This document shows positions 50,972-62,990 of a DNA stretch of 64,000 nt, piece by piece. The position numbers were made by a program, and so were the translations under genes. The DNA is taken from the NCBI GenBank assembly GCA_004431415.1, contig QPMI01000582.1:1-64000 (forward strand), read 5' to 3'. The notes below the pieces were generated by a model, which was not told the DNA's origin, searched no databases, and worked only from the letters and a program-made list of their open reading frames with translations. Position 1 is the stretch's first letter. Every line of letters starts with the position of its first letter. Source of the DNA: Cyanophora paradoxa CCMP329. Lineage: Eukaryota > Plantae > Glaucophyta.

Positions 50972-51352
50972 AATCTGCTCCACCCTTTATTTCCTCAGTA
51001 CATTAATATTCCTCTAGCCGGCCAGCGCTAGCTGGACTGGCCGTCAGCCAGCCAGCTTCCAGCCAGAAAGCTGTTCGCGATCGGCCAGGCCGCTGGCCAG
51101 CCTGGCAGTCGGTGAGTGCCCTGTAGGCCTACTGTGACAGCCGCGAGGGCGTCCGCGAGGCTTCGCCGTACTTAGTGCTCCGCAGGAGCACGGATCTTGT
51201 AATAAACCCAAAAATGGGGCTTTATAAGAATGATTATTAATAGTTAATAATTAGTTATTAGTAGATTAATTCCATCACTGATACATGTATACAGCTGCAG
51301 TAGCCAATTTGTTAAAACTTGCAATTAATGCGCATGCAAGTTGCGGCCAGGA

Positions 51353-53208
51353 CAAGATCCGTGCTCCTGCGGAGCACTAAGTACGGCGAAGCCTCGCGGA
51401 CGCTCTCGCGGCTGTCACAGTAGGCCTTGGCAGCCTAGGCCTAGCGCACTGGCCAGCGCGCTGCCCGGCCAAATGGCTGGCTGGAATTCGAAGCTGGCGG
51501 CCGGGCCATATATATGCATGCTGGCTCGCTAGCTATATATATAGCCAGAGGGCTGGGGGACGAACCTGGCTGGCCAGAGAGGAATGTAATGATCGAGGAG
51601 CTAGAGGGAATTTATAATTAGGGGAGGAGTTGGACGTACTGGCTTGCTTTTAACTGGTGGAGCATATTGAGAGGAGATTTTATGTATTGGCTTGTGCACG
51701 TGGGGGGGGTGGGAGCCCGAGGATCCGGAGGGGCGAGGTTCTTGCAGCCAGGCGCATGCGCAGAGCTTGCCAATCGCTTAAAAAGAATCTCGCATGCATA
51801 TAGTACCAATGTGCAGGGTTGCGGAGGCGAGGGCGCGAGGAAAGACGTGCAGGTCCATGCAGGATCGAATTTTCAGGGTCGGCTGGATTCTCGCGCCCTG
51901 TCGCGTTGTCGGGGGTCGCAAAAAGCTTAACGAAGATGTCAAATTACTATTGTAGCGATGCGCACGCGCGAGGATGCGAGGGCGCGCGGAAAGGTCTGCA
52001 GGTCTGTAGAGGATCGAATTTTCGGGGTGGGCTGGGTCCTCGCGGCCCGGCGCAGCTATAAAGCGTGCGGAAGGCTTCTTCTACATCTCAAATGCTTATG
52101 CTATTGTTCCGCGCATGCGCCGCGGCATGAGTGCGCGGAAAGATGTCCAGGCCGGTGCAGGATCAAATTTTTGCCGTCGGGTACCTTCGTGCGCTGTTCG
52201 GCATCCGAAAAGCGGATTTCGTGGGTGCGCAGGCCCTGCTATGTCTATGCGCGCCAGTGCGCATCGATTGCGCGCGTCGCGGGACCGGGTGGGACCGGCC
52301 GGATCAAATTTTCGGCCGACTCTTCGCACTGGAGCGTCGACGGCGCCCGAAATCGAGCTTGCGGCGATGCGCTCGCCCTCGCGCGTCATTCTGTATCGGT
52401 CTGGGGCGTCCCTGGCGCGGTTTCGTCGCGGGACCGCGGAAAGGTCTGCAGGTCTGTAGAGGATCGAATTTTCGGGGTCGGCTAGGTCCTCGCGGCCTGG
52501 TGCATTTATAAAGCGTGCGGAAGTCTTCTTGTACATCTTAAATGCTTATGCTATCGTTCCGCGCGTGCGCCGCGGCGCGGGCGCGCGGAAAGATGTCCGG
52601 GCCTGTGCAGGATCGAATTTTTGCTGTCGGGTACCTTCCTGCGCTGTTCGGCCTCTGAAAAGCGGATTTCGGGGGTGCGCAGGCCCTGCTATTTCTATGC
52701 GCGCTCGTACGCATCGTTTGTGCGCTTCGCGGGACCGGCCGGAACCGGCCGGATCAAATTTTCGGGCGACTGTTCGCACTGGAGCGTCGAGGGCGCCCGA
52801 AATCGAGCTTGCGGCGATGCGCTCGCCCTCGCGCGTCATTCTGTATCGCTCTGGGGCGTCCCTGGCGCGATTTCGTCGCGGGACCGGGCGGGACCGGGTC
52901 CCACCTTCTGACTCGGACTGCATTTGTCGGAGGTTAAGTACCGGAATTGATCCAGAGGGAAATTCGATTTTCGCGGGACGCCCACGGGGAGCGGTCGTCT
53001 TAGGGGAGCCAGGACGCTAAAAATGGATCTAGAGAGGTCTGTGGGGGTTCGGGTGGGTGTGTGACTAGCGGCAATCGCGTCCGTGTCGAGGCAGAATTAA
53101 TAATTCTGGCTCGAGGGAGTGCGACACGGAAATTATTTAGCAGGGGGGATCTCGAGTGGAAAAAAAGGTTAAAAAAGGAATTTAGATCGTCGGTTTTTGG
53201 GTTTGAGA
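51353..53208 (-). mobile_element. Non-autonomous Helitron-like unit fused to the 3' end of the RepHel element
   Basis: Near-identical reverse complement of units 4/5 (e.g. 43137-44991). CTTG|TC junction at 53209/53208. Confidence 0.9.
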
Positions 53209-54468
53209 CAAGATCCGTGCTCCTGCGGAGCACTAAGTACGGCGAAGCCTCGCGGCCGCCCTCGCGGCTGTCACAGTTGGCTCGCTGGCTACCGTATATA
53301 TAGCTGGGCCGCCGGGCTGGCCCGTACGCCAGAGCCTCGGACGGCGCTCGAGAGCTGGCCCGGCTCCGGACAAATATTCTAGAAATGCCAGGCAAAAACG
53401 TAGTTAAAAAAATCGGGAGGAAGCGCGGGAGATGAGCGGGGGCGACGATGAGCGCAGTCGAGATCAGGGAGTGCCTCTACATTTCCACTGCTACATATAC
53501 ATATACTTACATAGATATTCGCTCGAGTATGTTCCCTGGACTTTGTACGAGGTAGGCACCCACATATATTCGCTCGAGCGCGCTTTTGTGTCTCAAACTC
53601 AGCCCCGCCCAGTTGCATGGCCGGGCTTCAAAAGTTTCGCCGGCTTGGCACTGGGGCAATGGGCTGGCCCGCTATAGCCAGCTCGAGGGGGAGCTCGCTG
53701 GCCAGGGAGCAATGTAATGAGGAGAGCGAATATATAATGAACTGGGTTTGGTTGGTTCGATTGCGATTGCGATTTGGTTGGTTGGTTTGGTATAATGAAT
53801 ATATTTTATATTGCGCAATTGGGTTTGGTTCGACGCAAAGGGTTGCGAATATTCATGCTTGCTATATCTGCGCTAACTGAGGGCTAGCAAACTTGAATCT
53901 GCAAGGGCACGCTCGAAAGCTATTTACAAAGTTCGAGAGTATGAGCGGGCAGGCAGGTTGTATACACGACCAGGTCCCCTTCATGGCGCAACTCGTTCAG
54001 GGATCGGCGGGGAGAAACGGGGAGATCGGCGGGGGCGGGGCAGGGCGGGCGGGCGAGCTGACGAGGCTAGGGACGGTGGGAGACCTGAAGGGCGCCAGTC
54101 AGCGCGGAGCGCGGGCGGCGGGGCGGCCCGGAAGGCTCACGGGGAAAACGACACGATGGAGGCGCCGGACGCCGGCCGCTTCGACTGACCAGCGCGGTGG
54201 CCTGCACAGAGATGGAGAGATCAGCGGGGGCGGGAGGGAGGGACGGCAAGCAAGCTGACGATGCTATTAACGATGGGTGGCCTGGAGGACGCCAGGCAGC
54301 GGGGGTGGGTTGGACGAATATCTATCTAGGAACGCGGTGGTCATCGGCGGGCAGTCCGGCTGCATGTACATCCAGGTCCCGGTGATGGAGGGCGTTATTT
54401 TAGATCTGCACGAAAACACGTTAATTGCACTCATTATTGTAATAAACCATGTGCGTGAAGTAACGCAC

Positions 54469-57400
54469 TCAACGCTTGTGTGCCGCCGCGGAAACCCGCT
54501 TCGGCATCGTGTCGACGAATCGCGTGTTCTTGAAATCGGCCTCCGCCTTCTCGAACTCGCGCTGGAACTGTTCGACTTGGCCCCAGTCGCCGGGCTCGCA
54601 TTCCGTGGGGACGGCGTTGACGAGTCGCTGACCGTGCGGCGCGGTGCTGTCCTCGATCCAGCGCAGGTACTGGAGCTTGTGGCCCCACATTGTTGCGTGC
54701 ATTGCCGGATCGTCTTGCCGGAGCCTCGCAAATTCTGCGCTCTCGGCCTTCTGGTCCTTGATGGCGGCTTGCAGGTCGGGGTTGACGTTTTGAATCACGT
54801 GCAGCAGCTCGTACCGTTGCAGGAGCGAGGCGTTCGCGATGAAGAAGTGCGCTCCCTCGCGCGGGCGGCTGAGCATGACGTACAGCTGCTGTCGGTGTGT
54901 GTAGTCCCTGCTGTTCATGCCCCGCACGTCGGCGATGGCGCGCTTCAGGGTGTGCCCTTGAGCCTTGTAGACCGTCGTGCCGTAGGCGACGCGGAACGGC
55001 GGTCCTATCCTGACGTTGTGCGTGCCTCCTGCCCCGCCAGCGATTTCGTCCTCGTGGTCTGCGCAACGTGACTGTAGTCAATCTCGAGAGGGAAGCGCGT
55101 GTGCATTCACGATCGTGCTGACGAATGCAGCGGCTCACCAGCATTTCTGGGCTCGACGTTGATTTCGACGGCGTCGACGATTCGACCGTCGGGGAGCTGG
55201 CAGCGTTCCGTGATTGCACGCCGGCCGACGCGGTCATCGTGGAAGTAGATGTAGTACGTCATGGGGGGCATGAGGTGCGGATGCGGGAGCTGCTCCACCT
55301 TCGCCTCTATGCTCTGTTTCTTCTGCCTCGTCGCTGCCGCTGCGGCCCGTACAATGTTGTCCTTGCTGACCTTTGGCTTGCTCTTCTTCCGGTCCGAAGG
55401 TCCTGGCTCGGGCTCGGGTTCAGGTTCGGGTTCCGGCTCGGGCTTGGGGGCACGGTCCGCAGTGTCGAGCTCGTGCTGGACGAGATCCGGTGCAGCGTGT
55501 TCGAGCACGAGCGGCGTGTCCGGTGTGAACTCCGTCGCGTGCTGACTGATGTAGTCGGGCGTCTCCGTGTGGTCTCGCCATTTGTAACCGGCAAGCAGTC
55601 CGATGGCGCCGTTGACGAGGCCGTCGTCCGTGTCGCGGTTCTGTCTAAGCATGACCTTGATGCCCCCCGTCACCATGACCTTGTGGGGGATGCTTCCTTG
55701 CTCGTTCGTGCATGGGATCCTCTCGCCGTACGCGTCCACGCTCTCGCACTTCTTGATGTGCTCGCGCGGATGCGTGTCCTTGGCGACGATCTTGAGGACA
55801 GGGTCGCGGTACTGGGCGTGGTGCCGTCGGATCATCGCGTCGTTGTGCTGCTCTGCGAGCTTGTTCGTGAGGAACATGTGGTACGCTTCGTCCCACGTGG
55901 GGTCTTGGTTCTTGGTCAGCGTGTTGTGGATGGCATTCTCGTTGTCGTCGCCGAGATCGTTGTTGAGGTCCAGGCACCGGCGGAGAAGGTAGTGGTAGAC
56001 GTCGTCGACGTGGTCCGGATCCCCGTCTCGAAACCAGTTGAGGATTTGGCCAAGTTCTGGATCCGCCAGGTGCCGCATCGACGAGGGCAGGACGTGAGCC
56101 GTGAAGTAGCTGAGGAAGGTGTGCAGGTTTGGGGTGTGCCACTTGACGTCATTCTGCATCGTAATGTCCTTCCGTGCCGGCAACAATGTCTCCCACAACG
56201 ACTGCGACATGACCGGCGGCACCTGGGCCGCGTCCCCGTACGTGATGATTGCCAAGCCTCCGAATGGGTAGCGTTGCATCACCGGCGTCCTTCCGTCGGG
56301 TCCGACCTGGTACTGCGGAAGAGGTGGCGGTGCCAACCCAGTCTCCGGGTCGCCGACGGCTTCTCGTCCGCACATGGCGTCCTCCAGGGCCGTCTTGAAC
56401 GAGTAGAAGATGTTCGTCCAGCAGGACATGATCTCGTCGATCTGCAGGACGTACGTCTTCTGCAGCTCGAGTCGCAGCTTGTCGATTGTGAAGCTGCTGT
56501 GCTTGATCTGGTCGCGCTTGCCGGAGAGGTGCGTCTGGAGGTGGAAGCGGGTGTGCATGGTGCCCCCACCTGCGTTGAAGCCTGCGGAACCGAACGGTGC
56601 TGCAACGGTGCAGCGGCCGTGAGGGAGGGCCTCCTGTCCCGCATCACCAACATTGTACTGGTTCGCAGCGTGTTCGATGCAGCGGAGTAGGACGGTCTTT
56701 CCGCACCCCGCTCCTCCTGTGACGAAGAAGCGCGGCCCCGCAGGCATGTACCAGCACTTGAGAATCTCCGGCACGTCTTGGCCGCCCTCCGCATCGCGCC
56801 TGTATCGCATAGCTCTTGCCTTCAGCGCTTCCGCTTTGCGTCTGAGCTGGAAGTATTTCACCATCTTGTCGTAGATTTCGCGTTGCTCGGGCTTCAGGTC
56901 GTCGGGCGACACGAGTGGAGCTCGGGATGACGGTGGGGCTGCCTGAACGGACGGTCCGCGGGTCCCCGCTTCAGCGGAGGGTGGAATGACACCATGCGCT
57001 CGTAGGACCGCCTGTTCGGTTTCAACGGATGCAGGCTGAAACGATGGCGCGGGGAGTCCCGCTCCCAAGCTGCTCGCTGCGTTTCTGATGGTGCCGGGCT
57101 CCGCGTGTTCCGTCACGATTGCGCCCGTCGCCGTCATGTTTGGAATGTCGGTGATCCGGCTGATGATCTCTTCCATGCGCACGCGGATGTTGTCGCTTGC
57201 AGCCGAGGCGTGGCGCGTGATTGTTGCCTTCCGTGCTTTTGTCATCGCCGCCGCAAGGATGGCGTCGGTGACTTCCGCACGAGCCGGCATGTCGAGCAGG
57301 TCCGTCCACTCGTTGCGGAACGGGTGGTAGAAGAGGAGCGGCGCGTACTTGGCAACTTGGCCGGAGTGGACGTTGAACGGCATCACAACTGGCATGGGTT

Positions 57401-60400
57401 GCCGTCGCATCCGTAGCTGTTTCTTGCCGCTCGCGGTGTTGAAGCACGGCGTGCACCTCTCTCCGTCCGGGATCACGAGCGGCGGCGTCTTCTGTAGCTG
57501 TCGCCACTCTTCGTCCGACAGAGCGTCTTCACGCAGCCATCGCTGCCAGAGCGGGTCCAATACCCACGTCTTGGCCTGCCGTGCCTTCTCCTCGCGGTGC
57601 TCGCGTTCGATCTGGCGCTGAGGGTACTCCGGGGCGTCTGAGTCAGGATGGTCGTCGTCGTCATCCTCGTCATCCTCCGGCTCGTCGCCACTGTGTTGCG
57701 AGTCGGTGTGATGCGATTCGGTTCGTCCTGTCTCCAACGTGGCTGGTGCCAAGGGAGACATGTCGATCTTGTCGCCTGGAATCCCGTCTTTCTTGGCGAC
57801 GACAGCAAACCATTGCAGAAACTTGTACAGCGGCATCACGTTCCAGAAGTGGTCGTCAGGCCTCTCCATGTACCAGTCGATGTCGTTGTTGACCAATATT
57901 TTCGTCTCGCCAGGATTGCGGTTGCGGATCGGTCGCATGAAGCCGCGCTGGTACGAACGTCTTGTCCGCTTGTCCGGAGGGATGCACGGTACGGTGCGGG
58001 CGTGAAACGACGAGTGCCAGATGGGGTAGTTGAGCATATGGAAAGCTGCCTCCGGCCTGCCGAGTTCGCGGTGGGAGAGCGACTTCCGAATCGCTTTCGC
58101 CATCGCGCTCCGTAGGGTGCCTCCCTTCTCGGCCGCCTTTGCGAGCGCAGCGTATATGCTCTCCAATGCCTGCGGTTCGACCTGCGGGCGCACAATGAGT
58201 TTCAGTACGTTCTACGTCTGTCCAGGGACGCGTGAGCACGGCCGTACCTTCAGTGCGTACTTGAACATGTACGCTCCCATCGCTTCGAAGTCCGCGACGA
58301 GATCGAAGAAGAGGTTGGAGTGCGCAATGCGGGACAGCCACTCGTTGAACAGCGCCACAAACAAGTCTTCTACTGTGCGTCGCATCGGCACCAGTAGCCT
58401 GTCGCCCCGTTGCGCGTTCTTGAGTTCTGGCGTCGACCTGTGCGTTTGTATTCGTCAGGAATCGTTCCGGGGGCACGTCATCGCAGAACTTGAGCACGCA
58501 CATGAGTCTCGCGTATCGGGACGCGCGCCCTGGCAGTCCGAAGCGGCACCACTTCCTCGCCCTCCACCAGGCGTTGTTCAGCTTCTTGACGAGGTCGGCA
58601 AGTTCCTGGGCGTCCTTGTCGGAAGCACCGTGGATGGGCTGGCATCCTTCGAGCAACGGGTTCGTGTACTCCTGAGTCGGCTTGAACTGCGCTGCAGCGG
58701 CGAAGAGCTCTTCGTGACGCTTGCGCGTGGAAGATGAATAGTGCTGTGCCTGCTTGGCCTTCGTCATGCGGCACGTGCCGCTGTGTCGGTGAATGTTGAA
58801 CGTGAGGATGACCTTCCGGAGAAACGCGGTCGCCCAATCATGACGAAGGGCATCGGGCACGTGAAGGTTGTCCTCGACGGCTGGGTCGTCGGGCTTCGGA
58901 GGTCGAGGGATCTCCGCCTTGACGATGCTGTCAAAGAATTCGAGGTACTCTTTCATGTGCTGCTTCTCGCACGTGTCGTACATAGGCATGCCTTCGCACC
59001 AGCCGATGAGGTGCCCATGCAACGTCCGCCGCTGCTGCTCGCCGTGACGGATGAAATGACCTGTCATCTTGTAACCGCCGAACATCGCCCTCGCGCCTTC
59101 GGAGTACATCAGCTTGATCAACGCGTTCCAGCGCCGCTGATAGTGACGGACAACGATTCCGGACTCCGAGTTCAGGATCGTGTCCTTCTCGTTTGCGCTT
59201 AGCGCATCGATTGCGGCCTGGTTGTGGAACCTCTCGCGGTCGATGGCTCTGTACAGACTCGCGTCACCGTGATCGTTGAAGCTCATAGTGTACCATATCT
59301 GCGGCGGGCCGTACGTCTGTGCGGCAGCAATGAGCTGGCCGTGACCGGTCTCGAGATGCTGGTGCGATCCCGGCACCTGGAGATGGGCGCGTTACGCAAT
59401 AATGTGCAAATTGTTGTCAAGGGTGTGCTGCGGACTCACCGCATTCAGCGTCGCGCGGACGAGGTGGCGCTTAACAAAGTCTACGGTAACGCTGGGGTCA
59501 TCGACGGCGGTGGTGAGGTGGTCCATGACGTGCGCGGCCGTCACCGGGTGACCGGCCGCCTCCAACTTGTCGAGCTCGAGACTCTGAATTGCACAGTTGC
59601 TCTTCTGGTAAGCCTTGAGGTTGAGATAATCCGTCGCCTGGACGAAGAAGAATCCGATGTCGGCGACAAGGGCGCGTGCCTTGTCGGACAGCAGGAACCA
59701 CTTGTTGTACTTGCTGATCGACAGCGGTACTTTGCGTTGATCGAGAGGGTCTGCAGGGTCGCCTATCCGTCCGTGCCGGCCTGTGTTCAGAAAGGGTCAA
59801 TGTCGGTCTGCACGAAATCACAAATCGACGGCGGTGCCGGTGCACTGTGCTCACCGTCTGGAAACGCAAATGGAAATGGGGCTGTGCAGTACTCTGCACC
59901 CTTGCTGAAATTTAAGTGGACGCGATCGAGGATTGGCAACGTGCGAGTACGTTCGGCAACATCTTCGCCGAACGCCGTGGCAACGTCGATGAGCCTGTGG
60001 TGATACTCGGACTGCACGACTGCGGGCGTCGCCGGCTGTTGAGGCATGTCGAATCCGGTGGGGTCGCTGTACACTGCGGCCTCTGTATCGACGTCGTGCG
60101 CCGTAGCACGTGCAAGCTGCACGAACTCGTCCACGTCCTTGTTGTTGATCTGCGCGAGCTTGTCGAGGTCGACGAGATCGGGAGGGGCGCGTCTGGGCGC
60201 GTCCTCGGCTTCGTCCTCGGATCCGGTGTCGCGTGTCGACCTTGCTGTTGACGCGTCACGTGTCGGCCGAGCTTCAAGGACGACTCCATGAATTGCTTCA
60301 ACACGGGATCTCCTACGTCGGTCAACAGGCGACGGGCTCCGGAACTGGCGATTTCGTATCCAACGTCGTCGTGCACTTCGGGTTCTTCCGAAACTTCCGC

Positions 60401-61348
60401 CTCCTCGTCGCTGATTGCTGGCTCGGTTCCCGTCGCCGCGTGCGGTACCGCTGTCAGGTCCACCGACTCGCCGGTTCCGGGTACGTGGGGCTGGCGTCCG
60501 CGCTTGCGGGCGACTCGCGGCGGTGCGGGGGTGCGGTCGCGCAGCTCTTCCTCCGCAAGTTCTTGCTTCCACGTCGTCTCTTTGGCAGTGACCTCGTCCC
60601 AGTAGGCGTCGTCGAGCTTGTCGAATCCGCATTTCTGGTACCACTTGTTGCCGGCCGCGACGAGCAGCTTCATGACGCTTCTCACCTTGGAAGTGCTGAA
60701 CTCCCAGTAGTTCGTGAACCTGCGGTCGTGCCCGGGCGCCGTCGGTTTCTCCATGTTCACGTACATCATCGCGTCTCGCGGCGCGAGGGGCTTCATCGAT
60801 TCGACGAGCTCGGCGGGCTGCGAGTAAACCATGGTGACCTTCGGGTGCGCGGCCTGCTGCCGACCGATGCGCGTGGTTGCGATGTTCACGAACGACACGG
60901 CCGGACTGCATACGACAGCCTCTGGAAACGTGAGGCCTGCTGCCTCCCTGGCGAGGTCTTCCGACGGCGGTGTCGGGTGGATGCCGTTCTGTGCGGGGAT
61001 GGTCAATGACCATACTGGAGACCGGTAGAGACACACTCGGACCTCTTTTGAAAGCCCGCAGATATCGACACCTTGCTCTGCGCGGTGTCTGTGGCACATT
61101 GCGCAGAGCAACGGTTTCCGCGGTTTTGACGTTCCGGTTTCCAGCTTGTGCATGTAATCCTCCGTCTCCTGAATGCGCCGTATCGCGGCGTCGTCGATCC
61201 CGTGGGGCTTCAATATGTTGAGGTGCGTCTCGGGGTGGAGATCGTCGATGTAGTCCCGGACGCCGCAGCAATCACACGGCACCATCGGCTGGTACAGAGC
61301 TGCGGACAGCATTACTGGCGAAATGCACATAACCGAACTGAAATTCAC
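54469..61348 (-). CDS. RepHel transposase (HUH/Y2 Rep plus PIF1-family helicase), spliced; start uncertain
   Basis: Rep motifs GPPQIWYTMSFND, GEQQRRTLHGHLIGW and AYMFKYALK (~58250-58275). Helicase motifs TGGAGCGKT, QIDEIM, GDAAQVPPV, SMRH, VMLRQN...GLVNG, TVYKAQG, LYVMLSR. Upstream DUF6570-like LTFPEAVV...KVRSVMKLLVAAGNKWY and FPFAFPDG. No C-terminal AP endonuclease is evident. Confidence 0.9.
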
Positions 61349-62539
61349 ATACTGTACAGCATGTCGATGATAGCGTCCTTGAGCGCCTCAAGAAACTGCG
61401 GAAATTTACTCCGCTTTTTTGCGATTGCGTCAATTACGTCGTGCAGTAGCTCATTCGGGTGCTCGTAGTCGCTGATCCACGTGTTTACGCATTTCAGTTT
61501 GAACGCGAGAGAGCGTTCATTTTTGGCCGAACGGATAGCTGCACGTCTGTCGCGACCCGCATCACTGTGTAATGGTTTGGTATTCTTCTCGTCCTGGTAT
61601 CGCCGCGCACGACGATCATGTTCTTGTGACCGTTGGCCGTGTGTATGCTTTGCACGTGCCTCTGCATCTGCGTCTGCATGTCCTGTCTGTTCAAGTGGAC
61701 GCCGAGATGCAGACGGTCTTGCAGGTAAATGTTCGCGTCGTACAGCGGTGTGCTCGTAACAATTACACGGATCAGTATCTGCTATAGGTCGCAGGTCCGT
61801 TTCTCCATGGAGAAATGTAGGTCGAGGAGGAATAAAAACCGGTATGGTGCCGAGCCATTCGTGATCGGCAGGAAGAGGACGTGCCGGACGTCCAGCAGGG
61901 ACACCTTGAATTGTGCCTGGAGCGAAGCGGGTACTATCTGTGAAATTCTCGTCGAGAGGAAGCGCTTCACGTCCAGATGCATGTACTATGCACATGGACA
62001 AGGTATGAAGTGTAGCACGCACAGTTCGACTGCCAATTGTGAATTGTGAACCGACATGTGGCCAGTTACGTTGGATAATAAGTGATGCACCGGGGGCTGT
62101 GACAGCGGGCTGGCCAGGTGGATATTCTTTACGAGGTGCTAGGAGTTCGGACGGTAATTGCCACGGAATAGACGATTGCAATGCTGAAGTTGTTGTCACC
62201 GTCGGTTTACACATGTGCACATGTACGTCGACGACTGTGAACGTCGTTATTGACGTTCGTTGAAGGTGCCAGACTGCCGCAAAAGGCGCCCCATGGACGG
62301 CTGCAAGCGCCATTACAGTTGCACCTCCTGCTAGTCCGGTTACCGTTGCACAGTGCGAGTAACGCAAATGAGACGGTATGTTGAGGAGTTCGAGAGTCTG
62401 CGTTATCGTGCCGGCTGATATTACAGATGGAAGCACGTGACGGAGTTTCTGCAGCGAAATCGCTGTTGACGCGCCTGATTTTCTGTGAGTGATGCGTATG
62501 CAATGACAATTATAGGCAGGCAAGACGAAACTGACCTTC

Positions 62540-62990
62540 ATGTGATGGTGACGCTTTAAGTATACGATGAAAGCAGAGCACGTCGGACGCAATGTAATAA
62601 CCGTTTTTCAGCGGTGCTAGCACGAGAGACTGCGTGAATAATCGTGCCGTTGCAGCTGATTGTCCCATCCAGCCGGTAACGGTTACATTGATGCTGTGCG
62701 CGCGTCCCTCATGTGCTGTCACCGCTGCGACACGCGCCCACGCACGATCCAAGCGCAATCGAGCGATACGTTTCTCAATTGCCTGCAAGACATGATGTTT
62801 GACTTCCGAAACGAATGAGTTCTATCTGAAAAGGATGACCTGAATTCCGATAGCGTATGCGCTCCGATGGGATCGTTCATCATTGATCCACATGTGGACA
62901 CTGGCGTCGCGGTAACACCTATATAATTGATGCGGTTGAGAGAGCAGAAGTTGATAGTACTGCTTCACAAATGCTGATGCTGTGCTATCA
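62540..62990 (-). CDS. NTF2-like domain of G3BP type, two exons
   Basis: ASAFVKQYYQLLLSQPHQLYRCYRDAS...AIGIQ|AIEKRI...INVTVTGWM...RLFTQSLVLAPLKNGYYIASDVL. A 57-bp GT-AG intron (62783-62839) joins the two ORFs in phase. Confidence 0.75.

Larger units (their letters stand above)
33362..51199 (+). mobile_element. Head-to-tail array of eight non-autonomous Helitron2/Helentron-like units
   Basis: Units start with TC and end GAGGCTTCGCCGTACTTAGTGCTCC-GCA-GGAGCACGGATCTTG at 38055, 39322, 41264, 43136, 44991, 47939, 49119 and 51199. The array sits between A (33361) and T (51200) with no TSD. Internal ~140-bp subrepeats (AAAATTCGATCCT...CTTTCCGCGCGCC). Same 3' end as the RepHel element. Confidence 0.9.
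33347..51280. repeat. 17-bp perfect inverted repeat pair bracketing the Helitron-like array (possible 96-bp MITE used as target)
   Basis: CAGTGATGGAATTAATC at 33347-33363 and GATTAATTCCATCACTG at 51264-51280. No matching flanking TSD. Confidence 0.7.

Noticed and set aside
33442-53395. Numerous 60-360 aa ORFs within the array units
   Set aside because: They are translations of GC-rich subrepeats, with frames not conserved between copies and no domain motifs.
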